64,000 bases of DNA from Lama glama (lineage: Eukaryota): positions 46,006,001 to 46,070,000 of the forward strand of contig CM052816.1 of NCBI GenBank assembly GCA_028534125.1, written 5' to 3'. Of the stretch, positions 53,660-64,000 are shown in pieces. Position 1 is the first letter of the stretch; each line of letters opens with the position of its first letter. The position numbers and the translations under genes are program-made. The notes beneath the pieces are model-generated. The model saw only the letters and a list, made by a program, of their open reading frames with translations, ran no database searches and had not been told where the DNA came from.

Positions 53660-54090
53660 TACTTGTTAAGACAAAGGATAAAGTTCAAACACCTTAATAT
53701 GCCTCCAGGACTGCCCTCTACATATCTCTCTGGCATCATGCATCACTGACTTCTTACATGCAGTCTCAAAATTCCAGCCATTCCCAGATAGCATCTGTTG
53801 GGAATAGTCTCCCTCTTCCCTGTATTGCCTTCTATTTATTCTCATTTTAGTTACCTGGGGTAGTCACCCCTGGTGCACCCCCATACTCCTAACCCGTGGC
53901 TTACATGGCTCTCCTACAGACTATAAGTACTTTGTAATGACCTCATTGTAATGTTTCTCCCACAGTTAGTAATTTCCATAAGGCTATAACCCTGTGAAGA
54001 ACAGGAACATTAACTTTCTTGTTCACCATTGTTGCTTTGGTCCTATGCCTGGCACATGGCAAGTACCTTATATATTTATTGATTAAATGA
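53660..54090 (+). mobile_element. L2 3' portion
   Basis: 'aggataaagttcaaacaccttaatatgcc', 'ctttcttgttcaccattgttgct...tgcctggcacatggcaagtaccttatatatttattgattaaatgaa'. Confidence 0.75.
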
Positions 54091-55899
54091 AGGCTTGTAT
54101 TTGAAGCATGGTTAAGTTGATCAAGTGCTTTTCAAATAAGATATCTCTAGGTAAAAATTATCTCATTTACCATGTCTGTAGGTCATTTCAGTTTTGGCCT
54201 GGTTCTTAACATAAGAAGACAAAGAGTTGGGTAACTCCATGTTTTTTTTTTCCTGAACATCCCACTTAGATTATTTCAGAGAATCCTGAGGCAGCCACTC
54301 AGTCTATGATATATTAACTTTGATGTTAGATTCCTATGAGCAGTCAAACTTCATTATAATATGATTCATCATTACAACTATAAGGTACAACTATATCTCT
54401 GGTCAAATTCTGTCCACTGAAAACCGTAATCACAAACAAATAATGTGACAGTTTTACAAACCATGTTAAAATATAAGCCTTGTTTTTCCTTCTCAGAGTA
54501 ATGAGTATTAGAGCTATTTCCTTCATGCACCTTTTTTAGAGAGCTCATTTAATGATGTCTGAAAATGTATCTTATAGAAGCAAGTAAAGCAGGTTTGGTT
54601 TTCTGGTGATGAGCAGTCAATTAAATCTGTTGATTCACTTCATGAATCCTATGTTATTCAGTAATCTTTCTGTATCTGGATGAAGTTTGGAAACCGTAGA
54701 TTTAGACAAAAGCTTCCACTTTATTTTGATTTGAGGAAATATGACCTTGCCTGGAAATACATAATTTTCAAAAGTACAAATATGGAAATGCTTTATTCTG
54801 ATTTTCTGGAAGGAGTAATGATTTTTTTAAAGCATGTTTTTTTTTAAGTAGATGATAATGAATGTAAATCATTCTACAAAACAATGTGAGCTTATTTTCA
54901 CATTTGTTTGGGATTAAACTGCATCCATAAACTGCTTCCACATGTATGCTAATTAACTCTGCTGCAGAACCAACTACTCTACTTTGAGGATTATAGACAA
55001 AAGCTTTATGAAATCCTACCTTTTCAGTTCAACATTTATCACCATATTTCTGGTCACCAGGGCTCAGTTATGAGTAGGTCTATTTTGAGGTCTCTTTTGG
55101 CTCAGGGCATTGGTAATAGGACGTGGAATCTTTCCCTTCTAGATAAAAAGATTAAACACAAGCCAGCCTGATGTAGACCCATAGTTATTATCTGATAGCT
55201 GTCAGTAGTGAAAAGAAAATGAGTTAGTGGTTTTCTAACAAATAAATCTTAAGACAAGAAAAAAAAAAGTCACCCTTACTTTGGTATTAATTGCTAGAAG
55301 CTCCTAGAAGTCAGAAATTGAGTATTTAACAGCATGCACACTTCTAGGACTAGAAATTTTAGGTCACACATTAGCTAAATTATTTTGATAGCTTCAGGAG
55401 GTTTTCTGTTCCTAAACCCTATTTGGAAGGACTTGTTTGTATTTGATGTTTATTTGTAACTGTAGAAGAGTAAAATGAAAACGAATAACAGTGCTTTTTG
55501 TGAAGGCATGTTTTGTTGTGTGTGAGAGGAGGGGAGATCATGTTTTAAATATAGGCACTATTTATTATCATAAATTGGCAGAGAAATTGATTATGATATT
55601 TATTGTTAAGAATCTTCTTCATTTGTTCATGGTGCTAGTGCTTTGTTTCATTTTGTTTTGGACCAAGTTTGTAAATAAAAATTCTAAGAATTACAACAGT
55701 ATCTAGTTCTACTTTGATTGAAATATAGGTCAGATCCTTCAAGATAGTTTCTTTCATAGTTTACATCATTTCTGTATAATTTTTGTAGTGATTTAGGTAA
55801 TAATTATAAGCAAATAATGCTAGTAATATTAACCTATAGTTTTCAAGTTTCTCAGACTAGAACAACATCCCAGAATTCCCATTGTCATTTCGTTCTTTT

Positions 55900-56140
55900 T
55901 TTCATACATTCATTCCGTAAAAGATTACTGAACCCTAAGTTCATAGCAGATACACGGATATGCATAAATAAAGGTAATGTGCAACTTTATTTTACAGAGC
56001 TTTCAGTATAGTATATATATGTGTGAGTGTGTTTATGTAATTAAAATTGTGAAAAATTTTGTAAAGGAAATTAAAAGGATCTGTGATAGATTTAAGAGGA
56101 ATTTGCCTAATTTAGACTGAGGGCTAGACAAGGCCTCTGA
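55900..56140 (-). mobile_element. L2 3' terminus
   Basis: 'ttcatacattcattccgtaaaagattactgaaccctaag...cagagctttcagtatagt'. Confidence 0.55.
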
Positions 56141-57319
56141 GCATTTGCACTATTGAACTTGAATGTCTCACCATGTTAATGATATTTACTTAGCTTAACT
56201 GATATTTAACCAGTAATGGAGAAGAATGTTATATCTTCAGATGTGCACATTCAGAGTGGCTTTGGGGTATCTCTTTCTGTAGTGTATTGGCCACTGACTC
56301 CCAAAACAATTGAATCAGAGAATACTAGGGGAGTAGAAAAAAAGAAAGGGATGAGTTATCTTGAGTAACTAGCTCTTCGTGTGGTCCTCTCTTCCTCAAA
56401 TATCCCCTATGTGCACACACTCCAATTAGCTTCCTCGTATTCATTAGAAACATGGAGATATTGTTATATAATTCTAAAATTAACCTACTTGGAACAAGAA
56501 ATAATTTGAGAATGGAATTTAACCTCCAAATGTATACTTGAGTTTTTTGTTTTGTTTTAATTGGTGTTCATGGGATTATTAGGTTAAAATTGGTCCAGTT
56601 AATATTCTGTTCCAATACACAATTCCTTCTTTTTTTTTTTGGGTCTACACAAATACTATTTACCCATGAAAATATTACATCGTGTCAGTTACACATTTTG
56701 GTGGTTAAAAAATAAAGTGGAGGATTAAACATTTGTACATTATAATAATGTAGAAGAAAACAAACCTTTCTTGTTTTATTTCTGATACGTCTACATTTTA
56801 AGCAGTTTTTTTTCTTTTTGTGTGAAAAGTATCTTCCGAAATTACAGCTCCATCTCCATGTTGTGTAAGATTGTGATGTGAATAAATATGTCATATAGCG
56901 TTTAATAAATATTTTGGATTGAGATAAAGGGAGGACTGTTGAGCTAAATTTCAGTCCTTGTGAGTTTCTCCACTTTATAAAATTATATACACCTATAGAA
57001 CTAATATAATGAAGGAAAAAAATCAGGGTCATAATTGCTATCATCCACACCAGAAAGAAAAGACATTTATCTTATCAGCCCATAAGGATCTGCTGAAATA
57101 CATTTGAAAGGGTCTGAAGCTGCTGACAAAACCACAACACTGGGCCCAATTAACAATACCCATTTTTAATTAACAGTTGCTGACTCTTTGCCATTGCAAT
57201 ATTCACGCTGTAGGTGTGAAATGGCAACCCCCATTTGTCATATCTGTCTAAATTAATTTTGAAATCCCATGGTCTTCCTTCCACAGGATAAAAGTGAATA
57301 ACTAGAGCATACTTCCTAC

Positions 57320-57347
57320 CTGCCAAAGTTCAGTTCCGGGACAAAGA
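57320..57347 (-). other. candidate 28-nt micro-exon (unverified)
   Basis: minus strand: ctctgggttctgttttcctag|TCTTTGTCCCGGAACTGAACTTTGGCAG|gtagga. Confidence 0.25.
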
Positions 57348-58799
57348 CTAGGAAAACAGAACCCAGAGGGCTGATTGGGTCAGTGTTCATAGTACAATGC
57401 GTATAAACTGTTTGCATAGCATTTCTAATGCTGTGAACTATGCCAGTATTTATTCCATACTTTGGGATAGGGCATAAAAGCATTTTAAAGTTTTTATTCA
57501 TAGTTCTTTTTCTTTCTTTTATTCAAAAAAAATATTAAGCACCTGATATGTGTTAGACCCTAACTTAGGCACATCTTTTAATCCAGAGGCCACAAATATG
57601 AACAGAACAATGTGTTCTGGAGATCATCACAATCTAATAAAGAAAGAAAAACTGCCAAATTTCTATATATATGAATATTAAGAATGAGAGTATGGTCTCT
57701 TTACAAAAGATGTAAAAGTGTACCACTGCCAGTGATAGCATGTTTGGGAAGGAAGTTAACGTAAGGATAAAGAACACACAAGCTGCCTAAGCCTGGGAAA
57801 GATTTTTTTGCAGATAGAATCTTTTACACATAATAAATTCATTTGTATTCAGTAAAAATGTTAAGATTAAATCATTTGTGTGTATTTATCGAGCATTTAA
57901 TATAGTTTTTTGGGGGGAAACGATACAGCATGTTCTACTTATCTGATTCTTCCAATAACTTTTAGTAGATAGTATTATTTTCAATATATAAATGAAAAAA
58001 AAAGGTAATTTCAAAGGCCTGACTGACCATGAGGACTGAAAATATAGAGATGCAGTAAAACAAATGCCCTAACCTCAAAGCATTTACTTCTGGCAGAGTT
58101 GGGAGGTATGTATATAAGAAATTATTATAAAGAGGAGAAAATACAATATACACATCATATCATGTACCAGGGGAGCGCAGATAAAGAGTGAGTGCTAAAT
58201 TCCTGCTGTGGAAGTAGGAAAGTATTCAAGAGAAACTGATATTTTCTGATCTATTTCTTGATTTTCTTCCCCAAGTGTCTGCTTTCTTTGTCCATTCTGT
58301 TTAAAACACAGTTATCATTAGAGAAGAAAAAGATCTAAAAACATTGCATTGTTCTACTGCTCAAGAAGCTTATATTCTAATTAAAGAACAAAATACCACC
58401 CTTGAAGCAACAGAAGAGCAGTGGAGTTTTCAAGGTTGTAATCATTGCCTGGGTCTCTAGTGAAACAAAATGAAGAATCAGCAGTGGAACATGGAGAAGC
58501 TGTCTCCATCCCCTACCTCTAGGGAATCTACTAAGACTAAAGGAGAACTGAGTGTGTCAAAGGTAAAAGCAAAATAGAGGAAGTTTAATTCAGGAAAAGG
58601 AATTTGGAAATATGCTGCTTTGTTTAAAGCACTGTACTATGTTTCAAGTGGGCAGGAAGATAAGATAAAATCCCTGCAAGATTTGATTGAGATTAGATCT
58701 ACTGTTATCCAGACTCTATCACAGAAGCACAAGTACACAGAAACACTACTCACTCAGAAATCTGAATTTAATGATGAAGGCACATACTAATAATTAATT

Positions 58800-60110
58800 T
58801 AGCAGTAGCTCTTCCCCCTCATTTTACATGTTGTTAAAATGTTCATAAATGCAGGTAGACAAAAGGAGAAAAAAATCATGTCTTCACTGTTAATTGAACA
58901 TACACACACAAACACATTTTAGTTGGATTACATTATATGTGTTTTAACACAAATATTTTCATGTTATAGGGCACTAATATCTAGGATTTTATTTTTAGTG
59001 GCTACCTATTATTCGTTTTATCTTTGTACCACACTCTGTTTAATCACTCCTTTTAAGGTACTTCCAGTTTTTCACTGTTATAAACAGTAAGTGTTCTCAG
59101 ACCTAAATCTATCATACTTTCTTGATTATTCCTTATGAGAGATTTCTGGAAATAAAACTATTAGGTGGATGAATAATATATATTTTAACATTTTTCATAT
59201 ATGTGTGATCAAGTCTCTTTTAAAAACTGTACTGATTTACATCCCCTTGGATATTGTAAAACTTAATGTCATTTCCAACTTGAAAGGAAATATTTTGTTT
59301 TCATTGTTTTAATTTACATTTACTAATTACTGGTGATGTGGAATGTTTTCCTTTGTACTTCCTTTTTCATTAATTTTTGATCTTCTTTCTTTGTCCAGAT
59401 ATTTACTGGGGACTTTTTCTTGATTTGTGAGAAATATTTGCATATTAGTTCCATTGATTCATTGCCCTCAGATATGCAGGAATTATGGGGCTTTTTACTT
59501 TGTATTTTTATATAGAGGAGTCCAATAATCATTTCTTTCATACTTTCTATTTAGGTGGTATCATATGTAATATATTTTCCATTCCAAGTTACAAAATTCA
59601 CATCTGTATTCATTCTAATATTTTTATTTAGATGTTTAATTCACCTAGAATTTTGATGTATGATGCAACATAGGAATCCAATTTTATTTTTTTACTAATG
59701 ATTAACAATTTTTGCAATGCTACTGAATTCTTTTTCCACTGATTTGGCATACAATATTTATTATATCCTCAATTATTAAATATATTTTTATCTGTTTCTG
59801 ATCTTTCTCATCTTTAACATTGATCTATTTCTGCTTTATTCTTTTATTTATTAAGTCTTTAAAGTAATTTTTACATATTCCATAATGTTAGTTCTCAAAT
59901 ATTCCACAGCTAGCCTCTCATATATATCCTCCACAAAGTCCTTTGAACAATTTTGTCAGATATGAAAAAGCAAACTGTCTAGTATTTTCTTTATGGTTGT
60001 ATTAAATTCATAGATTAACTTGAGGAGAATTGACATCTTCACACTATTTAGCCTTTTTATCTAGGTGTGTAGTTCCTTTTGCCATTTGCTCACATTTTCT
60101 TCTGTATTTC
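58800..60110 (-). mobile_element. decayed L1ME-type 3' portion
   Basis: 'ttccagtttttcactgttataaacag', 'tttaattcacctagaattttgatgtatgatg', 'tagattaacttgaggagaattgacatctt'. Confidence 0.75.
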
Positions 60111-60999
60111 TTGGGAAATTAACAACTTTTGGTCCCAAAAGAACTTGTATTAAAGAAATCCTAGTATGCTGTTATGCAAGACTGCAAAAACTGCTAAACT
60201 ACCCCCTGAATGAATGACACAAAGGCTAATGCAATCTTGGAAATGTTATATCTTTTTCTTGGAAGAGACAAAATTGGCTATTAGGACATTGCCAAGTTAA
60301 ATACTAATCTACAGACATAACACTGATGTTACCCAAATACTTTTTACCACTTGTAGTTTTTAATCAATCATCTTCTTTTTTCCCTAAGTAAATACAATTT
60401 GATAAAATATATGCTGTGAAATTTTCTTGTTAAACCATAAAACCAACTTGAAAAACAAAAATGCTAGAAATGAAAGCCACGTCTGATACACAGAAAGACA
60501 AAATACCTCAAAATATCAAAATGGTGAAGTTCAGTGTCTGAATTAGATGTGTGCATGGGTGAACCATAAACCCCTGGTCACAATCAAGGCCAGTACTAGT
60601 GTCAAGGAAGGTAACCAAGTTAAGTGCTCATCGTGTAGTATAAAACAGGTCAAAAATGAATATTTAGATTAGTTCACAGATATAAGGAAAGGGTCCAGGA
60701 GCCCTGGAATTAACAGGCTAGGAATATGATTGCATGGAGAAGTTTCTAGATACATCCCAAGGAACTATATAAGGATATATCCCCAGTACTAGTATTGAAA
60801 AATTTGTCTTACTGGCTTATGCTATACGGAGAGAATTCTTGGAGGTTAAAATAATAAAATTTTTCTATTTTCTTCCTGTATAAGTTCCTAGCAGCAATAA
60901 TTATTTTGTAGTTTTTTGACAGTAGCATATGAAGACATGACTACAGACTTTTAAGTTGTTTCTCTTTATTAGGATGTAATTTTCTGAGCAATATCAAAC

Positions 61000-61866
61000 T
61001 CACACTGTGTACTATATTGCCAGAAACATGCATAAACAGTGCAAAAAAAAAGGAATTAATATAGTAATGCCCAAGACATATAAAGGCACAAGAAAGTGTG
61101 ACCCATACAAAGATAAAGAAATGCAGAAAATAGAAACTGCCTTTGAGAGGGCTCGGATGTTGGACTTAGCAGTCCTCAAAACACTATAGATTCAAAGAAC
61201 TAAAGAAAACTATGTTTGAACAATTAAAGAAGGATATAATGACAGTGTCTTATGAAGTAGAAAATATCCATAAAAAGATAGAAATGATTTTTAAATGGTA
61301 AGGCTGAAATGGAAATACAATAACTGAAATGAAGAAATAAAAATTAGTGAATGGGTTCATCAGTAGATTTCAGCTGACAAAGGAATCAATGAACTTAAAT
61401 ACAGATCTATACAGATTATGTAACTTGAAAACAGAGAGGGAAGAAAAGAATGAATAATAGAAAGTCTTGGAGAAATATGGAACACTATTACGTGTACCAT
61501 CATAAATAATGAGAGCATCAAAGGAGAGCAGAAAGAGAAAGGAGCAGAAAAAAATATTTTAAGAAATAATGACTAAATACTGGACAAGTTGGATGAGAAA
61601 CATTTATCTAAACATCCAAGAAGCTCTATGAATTCCAGGTAGTATTCAAAATGTTGATAGATAAGAACAGAGAGAAACCCTAGGAAGCAGTGAAAACAAA
61701 ATTACTCATGACATGTAAGGGAAACCCAATGAGGTTAACAGCTGATTTATCATCAGAAATAATGGAGACAAAAAGATTTTGAGAAGATATACTCAAAGTA
61801 TTGAAAACAAACTATGAATCAAGAATTTCACATGCAGAAAAATTATCTTTCAAAAATGATGGCAAA
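61000..61866 (+). mobile_element. old L1M ORF1 region (left part, split by the younger L1)
   Basis: ORF 61007-61189 (QKIETAFERARMLDLA) is ORF1 N-terminal-like; 'gctgatttatcatcagaaataatggagac', 'gaagatatactcaaagtattg', 'aaaattatctttcaaaaatga'. Confidence 0.85.
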
Positions 61867-63278
61867 AATGGAACAGAATAGAGAGCCCAGAAATGAACCC
61901 ACAAACTTTTGGTCAACTAATCTTTGACAAAGGAGGTAAGAATATACAATGGAATAAAGACAGTCTCTTCAGCAAATGGTGTTGGGAAAACTGGACAGCA
62001 GCATCTAAAACAATGAAGCTAGAACACTCCCTTACACCATACACAAAAATCAACTCAAAATGGATCAAAGACTTAAACATAAGACAAGATACAATAAACC
62101 TCCTAGAGGAAAATATAGGCAAAACATTATCTGACATACATCTTAAAAACTTTGTCCTAGAAGAAATAAAAGCAAGAATAAACAAATGGGACCTAATGAA
62201 ACTTACAAGCTTCTGCACAGCAAAGGAAACCATAAGTAAAACAAAAAGACAACCTATGGAATGGGAAAAAATGTTTGCAAATGAAACGACAAAGGCTTGA
62301 TCTCCAGAATATATATGCAGCTCACATGACTCAGTAAGAAAAAAATAACCAACCCAATCCAAAAATGGGCAGAAAACCTAAATAAGCAATTCTCCAAGGA
62401 AGACATACAAATGATCAATAGGCACATGAAAAAGTGCTCAATATCACTAATTATCAGAGAAATGCAAATCAAAACTACAATGAGGTATCACCTCACACCA
62501 GTCAGAATGGCCATCATTCAAAAATCCACAAATGACAAATGCTGGAGAGGCTGTGGAGAAAGGGGAACCCTCCTACAGTTCTGGTGGGAATGCACTTTGG
62601 TGCAGCCACTGGAAAACAGTATGAAGATTCCTCAAAAGACTAGGAATAGACTTACCATATGACCCAGGAATCCCACTCCTGGGCATATATCCAGAAGGAA
62701 CCCTACTTCAGGATGACATCTTCACTCCAATGTTCATAGCAGCATTATTTACAATAGCCAAGACATGGAAACAGCCTAAATGTCCATCAACAGATGACTG
62801 GATAAAGAAGAGGTGGTATATTTATACAATAGAATACTACTCAGCCATAAAAACTGACAACATAACGCCATTAGCAGCAACATGGATACTCTTGGAGAAT
62901 GTCATTCTAAGTAGAGTAAGCCAGAAAGAGAAAGAAAAATACCATATGAGATCGCTAATATGTGGAATCTAAAAAAACAAAAAAGCAAACAAAGCATAAA
63001 TACAAAACAGAAATAGACTCACAGACATAGAATACAAACCTGTGGTTGTCAAGGGGATGTGGGGTGGGAAGAGATAGACTGGGATTTCAAAATTATAGAA
63101 TAGATAAACAAGATTATACTGTATAGCACAGGGAAATATATACAAGATCTTATGGTAGCTCACAGAGAAAAAAATGTGACAATGAATATATATATATATT
63201 CATATATAACTGAAAAATTGTGCTCTACACTGTAATTTGACACATTGGGAAATGATTATAAATCAATAAAAATATTTA
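61867..63278 (+). mobile_element. young 5'-truncated L1 (ORF2 C-terminal part plus 3'UTR), cetartiodactyl/camelid-type, with TSD
   Basis: ORF fragments 61893-62300, 62411-62662 and 62730-62972 translate to L1 ORF2p ([57 protein letters not shown]); AATAAA plus A-tail; flanked by aaaaatgatggcaaa / aaaaaagatggcgaa. Confidence 0.95.
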
Positions 63279-63700
63279 AAAAAAGATGGCGAAGTTAAGA
63301 CATTTCCAGGTGAACAAAAACTTAGAAAATTTGTTGTTAGCACCCTCACCTTAGAAGAAACACTAAAATAAAATTTTCAGGCTGACAAGTAACACAAGAC
63401 AGTAATTTAAACCCACATGAAGAAACAAGAATCAGTTAATGTAATTATGTAGGCAATTATAAAAGATAGTATAATTGCTTATTTCTTCCTTTTCTTCTCT
63501 TAATTGATTTAAATATCAATTGTATAAAATTATACATATATATAAAGATATCTGTTGCTTTATATATATATTAGACATAGAAATATATTTAACAGTAACA
63601 GCCAAAATGAAGTGAATGGAAAAAATCTATACTGGAAAATGACACTTCATGGTAACTTGAATCCACAGCAACAAATGAAGAGAAACAGAAATGGATAATT
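63279..63700 (+). mobile_element. old L1M ORF1 C-terminus and inter-ORF region (right part)
   Basis: 'gaagttaagacatttccaggtgaacaaaaacttagaaaatttgttgttagca' continues exactly where the left part stopped. Confidence 0.8.
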
Positions 63701-63712
63701 TATGTATGATCA

Positions 63713-64000
63713 TTTCTTCTCAGCTTGAAGAACTTTCTTTAGTATTATCCTTTAGTATATCTCATAGTGTGATTTGCTGACAATATATTTTCTCAGTCTT
63801 TGTTTCAAAATGTCTATGTTTAGTATTTTTTTGAGTGAGATTTTTGCTAGGTATAGAATATTTTGATTACTATTTCCTTTTCTTTCATCAATTCAGATAT
63901 GACATTTCATTAACTTGAAAGTTGCATTGTTTCTGGTGAGATTTCAGTCATCTTTTTGTTGTTCTATGTGTGGAGTGTCTTTGTTCTCAGTCTATTTTTA
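63713..64000 (-). mobile_element. old L1M ORF1 fragment, opposite orientation (runs off the window)
   Basis: 'tcagcttgaagaactttctttagtatt', 'gatttttgctaggtatagaat', 'gcattgtttctggtgagatttcag'. Confidence 0.75.

Noticed and set aside
61893..62972. ORFs as a functional reverse-transcriptase system or novel retroelement
   Set aside because: They are broken C-terminal pieces of an ordinary 5'-truncated L1 ORF2 lacking the EN and RT core. The antisense ORFs (61913-62362, 62254-62472) are the usual L1 antisense artefacts.
1..64000. The short ORFs (60-149 aa) in the track as protein-coding genes
   Set aside because: They have the composition of random AT-rich frames (F/L/I/K-rich), show no recognisable domains, and many use non-ATG starts. 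Only the L1-derived ones are assignable.
1..64000. CRISPR arrays, tRNA/rRNA/snRNA genes, known miRNA hairpins, CpG-island promoter
   Set aside because: I saw no regularly spaced repeats, no recognisable RNA-gene sequence, no long hairpin of pre-miRNA quality and no CpG-rich segment. A by-eye search could miss diverged copies.

Overview
AT-rich (by eye roughly 35% GC), CpG-depleted mammalian genomic DNA, either a large intron or intergenic. I cannot recognise any protein-coding gene, RNA gene, CRISPR array or prokaryotic feature. Much of the window is ancient eutherian repeats: MIR, L2, L1M, MLT1 LTRs, and MER63/Tigger2-like DNA transposon fragments. There is one much younger 5'-truncated L1 (about 61867-63278) with a target-site duplication, inserted into an old L1 ORF1. 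Its 3'UTR, plus the apparent absence of Alu, B1/B2, Bov-, PRE- and Can-SINEs, suggests a cetartiodactyl, probably camelid, genome. Several repeat-free blocks (about 12.2k, 22k, 26.6k, 45-47k, 57k) look like conserved non-coding or enhancer sequence. A few short segments have good splice signals and are candidate exons. The only ORFs in the track I can assign are L1 ORF1/ORF2 remnants. Repeat subfamily names and boundaries are from memory of consensus sequences and are approximate. I found no evidence for a novel biological system, only modest curiosities.
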